Shown here piece after piece: positions 31,421-42,716 of a stretch of 64,000 nucleotides of DNA. The stretch lies in NCBI GenBank assembly GCA_048013815.1, contig CM106585.1:10540001-10604000 (forward strand). The letters run 5' to 3'. The stretch is from Setoptus koraiensis. Taxonomy: Eukaryota; Animalia; Arthropoda. Under the pieces are notes generated by a model. The model made no database searches. It was not told the DNA's origin and saw only the letters and a program-made list of their open reading frames with translations. The translations under genes were made by a program, and so were the position numbers. Every line of letters starts with the position of its first letter. The first letter of the stretch is position 1.

Positions 31421-33760
31421 ATGATGATGGACGCAAAACTAGATTTATTCGACGACAAACAATCCAGTCATTCGTCGGATGCCGGCGAGCATGGTCCACA
31501 GTTCGATGCCAACCAATCGCATGATAGTGGAAGAGCTACAAGAACAGTTCCACCAAAAGTGGCTCCCCGAGGCCTTTCAATATCGGCAAATCCCGACGTT
31601 ACAATTACAGAGGACATTCTAAAGTTGTCATTGGCTAACAAGGCCGACAATGAAAACAACGCTCCATCTTCCAGTGCATCGACATCTTCCTACTCTACTA
31701 ATGGGACTAATACTTTTGTTGGGGCTCTCAACTCGCTTACATCCCAATTTACAGGTGGCGGCAGTGGCAATCATGCATCCAATGAGAATGGTAGCTTGAT
31801 AGACAATAGGAAAGCTCAAGTAGAACGTGCAAATCTTATTAGTTTAACAAAGCTCATTGTTAGAGATCTTATATCGTCTTCCATTCGTGTCAATAGGACT
31901 ATTAATCATGATCAAACATTCGTACATTTGAACAATTTTTTTACATTGATTGATAAAGTTTTGAAACATGGATTAAAGGTTCGCATACTGAAAAGTAAAA
32001 CCAACGGTCTATGGAATGCCTTGGACAATTTGCCAAAATATTTAAAAGAATCAACACTCATATCGGAATCAATCAGGTCGTTGCCCAACACTAAAACATT
32101 TGATGGCAAAATCAAAGCCTGGATGAGACTAGCCCTGATGCAAAAGAAATTGCCAGAATATATAAGAGAACTATTGGATCACAAAGATGAACTACTAAAG
32201 GATATCTATCACGAACAAGCATTCATGTTAAATGATGAAGCACAAGTTTTTGCCGGCCTTATTATTGGTGTCAATGTAATAGATTGCAACTTTTTCGTCA
32301 AGGACGAAAACTTTGATAATATGGATGACATAATAGATTTAACACCTTACTTGAAAGTTGCCAATAGTTTCGACGAGCCATCTCCCACAACCGACATCGT
32401 TAAAACTCCAGACTCAAACATCTCCGCTGTGTTAGACCAAAAGAACTACCTGGAAGAATTAAATGGTCATCTAAACCATGTTGTTGCGGATTTGCAAGGA
32501 AAATTGAAAGAGTCTTGTGAGAGGAATCAAATTCTAGAAATGGAGCTCAAACTTCATGAAACACAAATCACAAAATTACAATCAGAAGCATCATCATGGA
32601 ATCGCGAGTCAAGACCGGGCAGTTCTTTGGTTGACACAATAAAAAACACACTCAGTGGTTCTAATACAACATTGAATAATCGACCTGCAAGTGGGTCAGA
32701 TTTTGAAAAACCCACTGAGAGTAACATAACAGAGTGCCTCAATAACAGTGAACTCAGGCCTGATCAGCAGGACGCATCTTATCAGACTGATGACGAGGAA
32801 ATCGATCTGGAATCCAAGAAGTTGTTAGAGTCATACAAAACTGAGATTGCCTCACTGAAAGATCGAGGCGTCATACTTGAGATGAGTTACAGAAATTCAT
32901 TGGAACGCATAAAAGCATTAGAGAAAGATTTGGATATACAAACTTCGATGAACAACGACAAAGAAACGTCAATTCAGATACTGAGTAAGGAAGTGAAGGA
33001 AAAGCAAGAACAGCTATCATCATTAAGAAAACAACTTAGTGAAACGAAAAAAACCAACGACTCTCTAGTTATGAGACTAAACGAAAGCGACACGAAGTCG
33101 GAGGAAAGAATTAGGACTATTTCTCACCTACAAATCGAATTGGACAAATGTAAACTCGAGTATAAAGATTTGATAAATAAGTTTACCAGTTTGCAAAAGG
33201 AACATAAAACTTTGAGTAAGGAGACGGAGATACTGAAACAAACAAATGAGAACTTAGTAGAATCAAGCGAAACAATGAAGGGTGATCTAAAGAAGGAACG
33301 CGAATGTAAACTGAGTTCCTCGGCCGAAGTGGAGAGACAGGCTGCCACAATATCGAGTCTGACATCAAAATTAGAAGCGGTGCAAAGGGAGGTTCTGCTT
33401 TGTGCAGAATACCAGAAAAAATCTGAGGAATTATCTATCAAGTGCAGAGACTACGAATTGAGTTTAGAGGAAGTCGGCAACCAATTGAGAGAGTCCAGGC
33501 TTGAAGTTGAAAATCTAAAAGAAAACTCCTCTGTGTTCCTTGAGGCTCAATGGATGGATAGTAAACAAGTCAAGGCTTGTATCCAATGTCAGCAGGCTTT
33601 TTCAGTGACCAGAAGAAAACATCATTGTAGATTGTGTGGACATGTGTTCTGTCAAACCTGTTCAGATAACAAGATGGAAATGGCGTCCTCTGCCAAGCCA
33701 GTCCGCGTTTGTGACAATTGTCATTCTTTTCTATTGGCGAAGTTTGTGAAAAGCTCTTGA
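31421..33760 (+). CDS. RUFY: RUN and FYVE domain-containing protein (RUFY1/2-like)
   Basis: RUN domain (VERANLISLTKL, KIKAWMRLALMQKKL, GVNVIDCNF), a long coiled coil, and a FYVE finger (W...CIQCQQAFSVTRRKHHCRLCGHVFCQTC...RVCDNC). ATG at 31421. Confidence 0.95.
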   Translation: MMMDAKLDLFDDKQSSHSSDAGEHGPQFDANQSHDSGRATRTVPPKVAPRGLSISANPDVTITEDILKLSLANKADNENNAPSSSASTSSYSTNGTNTFVGALNSLTSQFTGGGSGNHASNENGSLIDNRKAQVERANLISLTKLIVRDLISSSIRVNRTINHDQTFVHLNNFFTLIDKVLKHGLKVRILKSKTNGLWNALDNLPKYLKESTLISESIRSLPNTKTFDGKIKAWMRLALMQKKLPEYIRELLDHKDELLKDIYHEQAFMLNDEAQVFAGLIIGVNVIDCNFFVKDENFDNMDDIIDLTPYLKVANSFDEPSPTTDIVKTPDSNISAVLDQKNYLEELNGHLNHVVADLQGKLKESCERNQILEMELKLHETQITKLQSEASSWNRESRPGSSLVDTIKNTLSGSNTTLNNRPASGSDFEKPTESNITECLNNSELRPDQQDASYQTDDEEIDLESKKLLESYKTEIASLKDRGVILEMSYRNSLERIKALEKDLDIQTSMNNDKETSIQILSKEVKEKQEQLSSLRKQLSETKKTNDSLVMRLNESDTKSEERIRTISHLQIELDKCKLEYKDLINKFTSLQKEHKTLSKETEILKQTNENLVESSETMKGDLKKERECKLSSSAEVERQAATISSLTSKLEAVQREVLLCAEYQKKSEELSIKCRDYELSLEEVGNQLRESRLEVENLKENSSVFLEAQWMDSKQVKACIQCQQAFSVTRRKHHCRLCGHVFCQTCSDNKMEMASSAKPVRVCDNCHSFLLAKFVKSS

Positions 33761-34342
33761 GATTGCACTTGTTTAGAGTCTAAACCAAATGGTCTACAAT
33801 TTGTACAGGTATGTTGCGATTTGTATAATTCTATCTATTATAGAGGCCACTATAATGGGCTATGGTCAGCTCACCATTTTGGTGCCATGAGCTCACATTT
33901 CGACGTGCAAAAGGATAAACAATTTACTTCCTGATATAATCAAGATAGATCATTTGGGCGATGCCGTCCAAATAGTAAAGCTTTATTAGATGCAAGTGTC
34001 TTGGATATTGGGTTTACAAATACACCATCAAGTATTGGCATCGTCAAGGAACATAAAGATACTACACTGCAGTCGACATTGAACAAACTCTAAGAACACC
34101 GTTTGTTCAACTATAACCAAAATGTTGTAGCCTCGTGTCAGGCTGAGACTGTTATAATCTAGGCCGGAACAATCGTGATTTTAGAATCCTAATAAAATCT
34201 GATGTACAGTTTGTTGTGAAGTTGCATAGTACTTTTGCGTTAGGTTTAATCATTAAGGTAACAATAGTGAGTCTAATTTAACAAGTGAAAATCAGCGAAA
34301 ACAGTTAACATCAAGATCACTGATTGAGACATTCCGATCAAG

Positions 34343-36088
34343 TTAGTCGTACATTTCAATGAAGCTTAAGTGAAATTTCCTAAATCTATCCATCATATCT
34401 TCGAAAACATCACGCTGAGGTAATATGGTGGTTCTGAAATGATGAGTATTTGGCAACTGTCCAAAGCCAGAACCAGGAACAACGCAAATTCCGGTCTTCT
34501 CTAGAAAGTTCATACAATAGAAAAAATCCGGAGCGTTTCCCGCCTCTTTCGCAGCTTGAATAGCCTTCTTTGGCAAATCTAACCTGGGAAATGCATACAT
34601 GGCCCCAGCAACTTTGTTACTGTGAACTCCGGGGACCGAGTTGAATGTATCCGCCACTAGTTTTGACTTTTGTTGGAGATCTCGCAAAATGGAGTCGCGT
34701 TCCGAAGCGTAGAGATCGTAAGACGGCTGACCCTTCTTTGGCGGATCAACAACGCAATCCATTATAAACTGGCCCAAAACAGATGAGCACAATCTCGCTG
34801 AAAGTCCTTTGTATAATAGAGCGCGAACATCTTCGCTTATATTAGATAATTCGCAGTAACCTCCTCTCAGGCCGCATTCTCCCATGAATCCCTTACTGGC
34901 GGACATCATGGAAGCAAGTTCTAATTTGTAATTAGTTTCTTCATGCATAACTTTTTTGAACGAATGAAACTTGGAATTTTCATCATAAACATTTTGCTGA
35001 TACACCTCATCAGCGATAATCATCAGTTTGTGCTGATTTGCAAAATCCAAAACTTTCCTGATGTTTTCTTTGGATAGTACGGATCCGGTGGGATTACCTG
35101 GGTTAATAATAACAATGGCTTTGAGATCACATTTATCTTTTTCTTGGTGATAAGCTCTTTCTAGTTCGTCTATCTTCAAACTCCATTCATCAGTTTCGTC
35201 TAGATAGTAGTTAGCTTGATGCATATTGTACTCCGCCAATGTGGCCGAATACAGCGGATATTGTGGTATTGGTATCATGACTCCAACTGGTAGGCCCTTC
35301 TTTCTAGAATGATTCAAAAGGGACAGGATACTCTTGACGGCCTCGCTAGCGCCTGTCGATAAGAAAATATTTTTCCAGTCAGTGTCGATGTTGTCTCGTC
35401 TCTTAATATAATCAGCTATGTGCTTTCTAACTATCTCAACTCCGCACGAGTCGCTGTACGATCCGACAGATCTGCCCCCACATCCGTCTAGTAGCTCGTT
35501 GACCTTGTCCTTGACGTCTTGTGGTGTATCGGGACTTGACAAGAGTTTGGTATTTGCAGCGCACGCTATGACCTGTCGAAAGAAGGTCAAGGGCTTTTGA
35601 TTCATCGCATGGCAGTCTCCTGAGATGTCGAGGGATATCATGCGGAGAGAGGTTGAGAATTTTAAGATTTGCAAGAGAAGAGAATAATCAGGGGTCAGGT
35701 TAATTATAGTCGCATCTATGTAAGTGAGGAGAGAGGGTTTAAAAAAAAAATAATTGCCAATTTCGTTCGGTCTTTGTCCAGTAGAGGAGAGCCCTCTCAG
35801 GAGAGTTTCACTCAATAAGTTTAAACAAGTACCTATGTTAGCTCGAATGATATTGTTGAATGGTTTCTTAGCACCAGACTTGAGTTCATCATCGAGTTTT
35901 GCCGCCCTTATCACAAGGGGTCCCCGAACAGCGTACTCCAAGCGTCTAATGTTTTGATTAATGTTTTCAACAGTGAGCAATTGATTAATACTGCATGTTG
36001 TATGTATCGACGACCTTGAGGAACCTTGAAGAGCGTTGGCCAATCGAGGTTGTCTAAGCGACGACAAGACTATTGCACTATTTGCCAT
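34343..36088 (-). CDS. GPT: Alanine aminotransferase; exons 36088-35833, 35619-34343
   Basis: EYAVRGPLV, RANIG|DCHAM, IPIPQYPLYSA, INPGNPTG, ADEVYQ, the PLP-lysine region SASKGFMGECGLRGGY, and VVPGSGFGQ...HFRTTILP. Confidence 0.97.
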   Translation of the reverse strand: MANSAIVLSSLRQPRLANALQGSSRSSIHTTCSINQLLTVENINQNIRRLEYAVRGPLVIRAAKLDDELKSGAKKPFNNIIRANIGTCLNLLSETLLRGLSSTGQRPNEIGNYFFFKPSLLTYIDATIINLTPDYSLLLQILKFSTSLRMISLDISGDCHAMNQKPLTFFRQVIACAANTKLLSSPDTPQDVKDKVNELLDGCGGRSVGSYSDSCGVEIVRKHIADYIKRRDNIDTDWKNIFLSTGASEAVKSILSLLNHSRKKGLPVGVMIPIPQYPLYSATLAEYNMHQANYYLDETDEWSLKIDELERAYHQEKDKCDLKAIVIINPGNPTGSVLSKENIRKVLDFANQHKLMIIADEVYQQNVYDENSKFHSFKKVMHEETNYKLELASMMSASKGFMGECGLRGGYCELSNISEDVRALLYKGLSARLCSSVLGQFIMDCVVDPPKKGQPSYDLYASERDSILRDLQQKSKLVADTFNSVPGVHSNKVAGAMYAFPRLDLPKKAIQAAKEAGNAPDFFYCMNFLEKTGICVVPGSGFGQLPNTHHFRTTILPQRDVFEDMMDRFRKFHLSFIEMYD

Positions 36089-37443
36089 TGTGACTTTGTG
36101 AGTGACTCCTAAAATGAGGCAGTCCTAATGCTGACTTGAAATAACGGCGTGTTGCTTCTGTTTGATTTAATATTACTACCTAATGAACGGGACTAATGAA
36201 TTGAGCGGCGCGATTTTTTTCAAAATTTTCATTAAAAAGGTTGGATATTTGTGATAGCGTCAAATGCCCAGAAATGCCCTTGCTATGCAGCATAGTGAGC
36301 ACATTACGTAATGTGTTGTGCATGCTAACGTCGAGCCAGCTGATTCTTATGTGTGTCTACTTGCTCGTGAACTGCCGGTAATTTCGAACGGTTTGCATAG
36401 CGCGACGATTTAAAAAGTTCTCGAACCGAACTTTGGAGTGGCGATATCACAGGATACCGAGATACGAGTTGAGAATGGTGCTCCGGTAGAAACTCAACAA
36501 TAAATTAGACCGCTTTCTGCCATTTCCGCCATTTCTTCCGCTTGCCAGGAACGGTTATTACTCCGGTGGAAACGATTGAGACCCCCGTCTTTCTATCGCT
36601 TTCACACGGGCCATTCATGTGTTGCTCGAATTGTCACCAAGATTGTCAACGCATTCTTGTACTTGTGAACCCTAAAATCGGCCTCGCCAGACCCAGACTC
36701 AGACCCAGCTCCCCCTTTTTTGGTGAAATATGCGGCGTCACCACAGCTGGACGTTTACGTTGTGCGAAAACAAATTGAAGACATCGAGCATGGGCAAAAA
36801 GATGGAACAAAGAAGCTAGAAATAGGACGCCGTTATTAGAAAATTAGCCATCAAGGAGTGTTGATATCGATGAGAGACGCGCCCATCTTTGCTCAGTGTG
36901 GTCGCTGCTTATCGGTCATCCATCGGTCGTCCAGAAGTATCATCCTTGTTTGGTCTTAGCACAATGGAAAACCTCTGAAAGTGGGCAATTTCTACCAGTT
37001 CCACCAAGATGGCGAAAAGTCAGAGTACAAATCGTCTGCCGAGACACCATCTAAAAGTTGAGCGTCATTGAGATTGTATTTATGTATTGTATATATATTT
37101 CTCGTATCTTGGCTCTATCTTTATTTTTGCATCATTATATCAAAATCACACTAGTCAGACTAAATCTTTGCATAGCATCGAGCTCATTGCGACCGCGAAA
37201 GTTTTACGAGAGAGCAAAACATTCACAGAGAGTCCTTAACTTACGTCTTCTGCATAGAAAAAATGCAAATACGGGCCGAGTAGACGGAAACAACCACAGT
37301 GTGAAGTTGCAATCTGATGATTCGACATGATCTACGTGACAACGTTAAGAGGCACTGCATTTATTACAAGCTTCAGCATAGAAAACATACATTACATAAA
37401 TAATTATTAGCATGGACAAATCCTCGCCCACCGCATCTCAGTC

Positions 37444-38304
37444 CTAAATCTTAAAACACTTTTCTAAATTTGCTATTTTATCGTGCTTTGCACGCATTGC
37501 TGGATTCTTTAGAGTAGTGTAGGCGTCATTGATTTGGTTGAATCGAAGTTCATTCAACTGGCGAGTCAGCACATCCGATGCAGCTTTCTTATCCGGACGA
37601 GATTTTGTAGACAGATTCACGAAGGCGTTCTTAATGTCATCCTGGTTTGCATCACATGAAATATTCAGGATCTTGTAGGGATCTTTAGAGGCTTCCTCTA
37701 AACTTTTCCATTCGTCCGATAACTTTCTCAAGTTTTCCATCTTTTTGGCTAACTCATCCACATACACTCTTTGGCCTGGTTTACCTTTGAGCTTATTGAT
37801 AATATATTGATAGTCTCGAATGGCCAAAGGGACTGTCTCCAGCTTGAGTTCATTCAATTTTGCAAACAAGGCAAATGGTTCAATGTAGTCGTCACAAGCC
37901 ATTGTTCTCAAGCAGGTTCCTATCGCATATTCGCAAGCCTCCTTGGCATATTCAAGTTCACCTGTCGCCTGAAACACAAGTCCGTACTGATAATAGATCG
38001 TGGCCAACAATTTTAGCATTTCCACATCCGTATCAGAGTCTTTGTGAGCTTTCAACTCTTGACTGGCCTCGTCATAATAATCGAGAGCTCGTTGATAATG
38101 TTTATTTCGCCATTCCTCATCACCATGTCGTTTTAATTTACTTACCAAGTTGATCATTTCTTCGCGTGAAATACTCTCCCTGAAAAGCAACGGCGGTGGA
38201 GGTAAATCATCCAATCCACATTGAACCAGATCAAGCTGTAGCAAGATAGCTAGTGCGACCAGAGAAAACGTCAGTTCTAGTTTCAATTCATACATTTTTG
38301 CCAT
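37444..38304 (-). CDS. Signal-peptide TPR + J-domain protein (DNAJC3/DNAJC7-like architecture, J motif RPD)
   Basis: Hydrophobic N-terminus, TPR-like helices (KRHGDEEWRNKHYQRALDYYDEA; YYQYGLVFQATGELEYAKEACEYAI), and a C-terminal J domain DPYKILNIS...IKNAF...SRPDK...FNQINDAYTTL. Confidence 0.85.
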   Translation of the reverse strand: MAKMYELKLELTFSLVALAILLQLDLVQCGLDDLPPPPLLFRESISREEMINLVSKLKRHGDEEWRNKHYQRALDYYDEASQELKAHKDSDTDVEMLKLLATIYYQYGLVFQATGELEYAKEACEYAIGTCLRTMACDDYIEPFALFAKLNELKLETVPLAIRDYQYIINKLKGKPGQRVYVDELAKKMENLRKLSDEWKSLEEASKDPYKILNISCDANQDDIKNAFVNLSTKSRPDKKAASDVLTRQLNELRFNQINDAYTTLKNPAMRAKHDKIANLEKCFKI

Positions 38305-40071
38305 TTTTTTACTATTTTTTTAATATTATCTTATTATTGGCTGATTCGACAACTTTCCGGTAGATGTGCAAAATCGAAGTCAATTTGAGCAAATGCCTAT
38401 TTACTGTGGTTAAGCTAGCGATGGCTCCTTAATCTATGAGATCGATTCAGAAAAATACTTAACCTCCAAACGTTTCTATATTTAGTTTCCAGCAATCTGT
38501 AGCATTGAAATAATCTCTATGTGTATATTTAGAAAAGATTTTCTGTTTTGTTTCTGGAAATACATGCCGCTTGAACGTGTCCAGTTTCCACTTAGATGAC
38601 AAACTTCTATAAATGAGGATCGAATTTCTATATCAACCTTAGTGAGGTTGCGAAGAAACCGTTGATGCACCCACGACTGGTTTCTATGTACTTAGACAAA
38701 GGTCTCATAATTATGCCTACCGATTATGCCAAGCAGCCAGGATTCGCATTTTTTGAGATCTTATGATTCACAGTAACTCAAAAGTATTATATTAATCTGT
38801 ATTATCTATCTGTATTAATCTGTATTATTCTATCTTTAAAGTCTGATCAGCAACGGCATAAAATGCATTTCGAGCTCAACAACATTTATTGACAATCATC
38901 TTGGGATCTTCGAAGGAAGTCCAGCCGAGATTTTGAAGTTTCTAAAGGTGTCTGCATGTCTGCGACCTAGTTGAATTTTTCTGACGAAATCCAGCGAAAT
39001 CGGCATACATAGGGTTCAGAACCCATCACTGATTTGTCGTTCGTCACGACATCAAGAATTAAAACTCTCTACTCAATAATGAATTCGCTCAAACCCTACG
39101 GACAGGAAATCATTGGGGGGAATCTGGTGGGGAAACTTCCGGTATTGTTGATTAATCCAATTCAGATAGTTATTTATTTTCGGCTATTGATGACCAATTC
39201 TAGGTTTGTGCTGCACTTGAGGGTGGTTAGAACGAGAAATTAGGTCATGGGTTTCTTTTGTCATTGTATTTGCTGTAGTTTTTGACTGAGTTGTCCTCAT
39301 TCTGAGATTTTCATCGATAAGATTCGTTCTATCTAGTAAAGCACGTTTGTAAGCATGGTCATGATTTGTGTCAGTGAAACTACGATGCGATCGATCAATG
39401 TGGCGAATAAGAACAGACATTGAATGGCTTCGATCAAGGAAGTGGCAATGTTTGAGTTGTTTTTGATGTGTCATCGTCCATCTGAGTGAGGGCTATTCCA
39501 GGTGGTGATCGTGAGGTTTCATCAGGTGAATGCTATCTCAGTCATCAGTGAAACACATTATAATCAGGCATGATCAGCGGAAAGGTGATGAAGATACATA
39601 AGGAAAAAATGTAGTGCGAGTATCTGATGAAATAAAATGTAACCGGCCAGATTGTGTCGCAGAATAATGCCCGCCACGAAATGTAGTATCTATGGAAACC
39701 GAATGGAACTAAGCGTGATCTTGCTTGATTTCAGTGACATGACACAATATTGTTTATTCGTTATCAGTGCTATGTGGTGATGTCTGGCCGAGACTAGATA
39801 ACTGTTTCATTATTGAAAACAATGAAAAAACAAATGCACTCGGCAGCCATCATTTCTCCACCATTCGATAGCATCAGACAACCATTCCATGGCGCAACAT
39901 TGTGGCAATCACATTATACCACAAATCGCTAGTTGGGTCTTATCTATCAAGCTCATTTCACAATAGAATTGATTGATATACAAAAATACAAAGTGCACAC
40001 AACTGCCGAAATACCAAATTACCAATTGTCACAATCATATTATTTTATCCAACACAGTCTTCCACAACCAA

Positions 40072-42236
40072 ATGCAGGAACCACTATTGAATCTGGATGA
40101 GGCTCTAATTAGCCTCAACAACACTCTAACAGATGATGGAATCCGACTTTTATTCCAGCTTGAGGAATGCCACAGATGTCCAGCGATAACCATAAAAGAG
40201 GTACCAAAAACGTCTATGTTTGACTTCAAGGTTACCACAAAACATCAGGTAAATTTGCAGCTAAGATCCAACAGCACAGGTGAACATATTTGTGATTGGC
40301 GGGAAACGTTCAATGATCGCGGATTCTATGCTCTAGAGTAAGTAATTTAAACATCTTCATTTTAAGAAATTCGCTATACAGGATTAGTCAGTTTGATTAA
40401 ATTAATAATTAAAACAACATCCCGCCACAACAATAATGACGCCAGCATTATGAAAAGTACCGCTGGCAAAATTTGCAGATTTAACACTCTTGACGAGGGT
40501 CTGTGCAAATTTTGCCCGATAGCAATGCTCACGTTCGCTATATTGTTGATATCTCTAATAGAGGCACTGCTAACATTTACTCGAGCCAGAATGACTAGAA
40601 AGAGGGCCCAGCGAAACGCTAATTTGCCTCGTAGTAAGGATGCCGTTGAAGCCACAACTGATGTTGTTCAATCAGCGGACAAGGATCCTCAGTCAGACAT
40701 AGATGGCGTCAAGTATGTTATTGACAGCCAGGCCACTTCGGATTGTGTCACCGAAAACAGTCAAAACAACATAGATATGAAAGAGGCAAATGGCGAGCCG
40801 AGTGAATCGGCTATGCCTAACGGCCCCAATAATCCTGAAATTGAGCCCATACAAAGCCGACGAGCCGAATCGTTGGATGTTTTCCGTGGCCTCACCATAA
40901 GCGGTATGATTTTCGTCAACTATGGAGGAGCTGGCTATTCGTTTTTGGAGCATGGCGCATGGGACGGCCTCACTGTGGCCGATCTGGTGTTTCCATTTTT
41001 CATATTTATACTTGGTTTCAGTATACCCATAAGCATTAGATCTTTGATAAAATGCAACATTAGTAGCTTGATGATACTGCGAAAAATAGTGACAAGATCG
41101 GTAGTGCTTTTCTGCATTGGATTGTGCTTAAATTCCATCTCTCTAAGTGATGGCGACTGGTTGCACCTGAGAATACCCGGTGTATTACAACGATTTGCGA
41201 TAACATATCTGGCTGTTGCCATAACTTATTATGTGAGCGCACTCTTTCAAAGGAGACTAGATCGATCTCATCCAAATGAAATCAGCAAGCTATATATGTT
41301 GTCGCCGGCATTTGAGTTGTCATTTTCACTTATATGGCTCGGTGCTTACGTCTACCTCACCTTCTTTTGGGAATATGACATTGGCTGTCCCATCGGGTAT
41401 ACCGGCCCCGGGGGTATTAGTGATGAAGGTCGATACTATAACTGTACGGGTGGAGCGTCCAGTTATATCGACAGATACCTTCTCGGAGAGGATCATCTGT
41501 ATCTTGATCAAGAATTGAAAGATATGTACCTAACCAGCGTCAAGCACGATCCAGAGGGACTTTTGGGTAAGTTGATATGAGGAATAACTTGTAATTACGG
41601 GTTGTTTTCGAAATCATTTTGATCTAATTATAATTTCTCGACAAATCCTCATCTCAAATAACGAAAGGCTGCTCAACTTCTATACTGCTGGCAATGATCG
41701 GATTACAATGTGGCAAAATACTACTCGGTTATAAATCGCATCACGAACGGTTGCGTAGATGGCTGAATTGGATTATCATCACAGGTATAAAACTTAAACA
41801 TCACTCCAATGGCAAACAATGATTTATGATTTCAAGCCAAAGACTAGTTCAGATTTTGATTATATTTTTTCATTTTTTTCTTCTTATAGGAGTTCTATCC
41901 AGCCTTGTTTACATTATTCCTGTCAATAAGAAATTGTGGTCGCTGACTTTTGTGTCAATCAGTGCACTCGTGGCCATCATCGTATATCTTCTATTGTACA
42001 TTACGGTTGATTTAGTGAAAGTACGTACAATATTCATAAGATTGCTATCATCAGCCGGAAAGAATTCATTATTTTTATATGTCGGGCACACTATATCGCA
42101 TAAAATGGTTCCATGGTACTTTGCTGTCGACGAAAATTCTCATCCATGGCTCCTAATTCGTCTGACCTGGGCAACATTACTGTGGCTTCTCATTGCACAT
42201 TGGATGGCATCGAGATCAATATTCATCAAGATTTAA
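40072..42236 (+). CDS. HGSNAT: Heparan-alpha-glucosaminide N-acetyltransferase; exons ~40072-40337, 40392-41566, 41668-41784, 41890-42236
   Basis: RAESLDVFRGL, HGAWDGLTVADLVFPFF, LRIPGVLQR, GYTGPGG, HDPEGLLG and IPVNKKLWS. GT-AG phases are compatible. The true 5' start is uncertain. Confidence 0.93.
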
Positions 42237-42432
42237 TCTTTACTTAAACTTAATTTGATGTATCAAAAGGAATTAAACTCAAAACTCATAACTTTTGTAA
42301 CTCTTTACGCGCTTCAATCTTAATCGCTGTCATCTGTGAGGCTGAACACCTCGATCCCCTCAAAATTGTTGTAGACGACATTGCTCACCCGGGCAGTTGT
42401 TCCTTTATAAACGCACAGAAAAGGGGGCACAT

Positions 42433-42567
42433 CAAGTGTGTGGGCCGAAAAGGCAGTTTTTGCCATTTTGGCAACTGCCCGAATGGCAAAAAGGTCGATA
42501 AAGGCGAAAAAGGGCGAAAAGTGCAGGGAGAGAAGGGAGGACAGTGCCCTTTTCGCCCGCACACTAG
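42433..42567. mobile_element. MITE-like 135-bp element
   Basis: Imperfect terminal inverted repeats of about 20 bp (CAAGTGTGTGGGCCGAAAAGGCA vs the reverse complement of TGCCCTTTTCGCCCGCACACTAG). GCACAT is directly duplicated on both flanks (42427-42432, 42568-42573). Confidence 0.5.
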
Positions 42568-42716
42568 GCACATGCATGTACAGATTTCACGTTTTTTACT
42601 TGTATTTGTAACTTGTGTATGACTTGCAAATGCTAACCAGGATTGAATTTGTTGGTCACATTGTAAAACTCAATTTAATGATACTCATCTAATACTCGTG
42701 TATCATTGCATTCGTA

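Noticed and set aside
36460-37330. Protein-like fragments between ALT and the TPR-J gene
   Set aside because: Short frames broken by stops; no consistent exon chain or motif.
39073-39474. 96-aa minus-strand ORF whose frame stays open 36 codons past its TAG (readthrough or pseudogene?)
   Set aside because: No recognisable protein family, and a 36-codon open run is unremarkable by chance.
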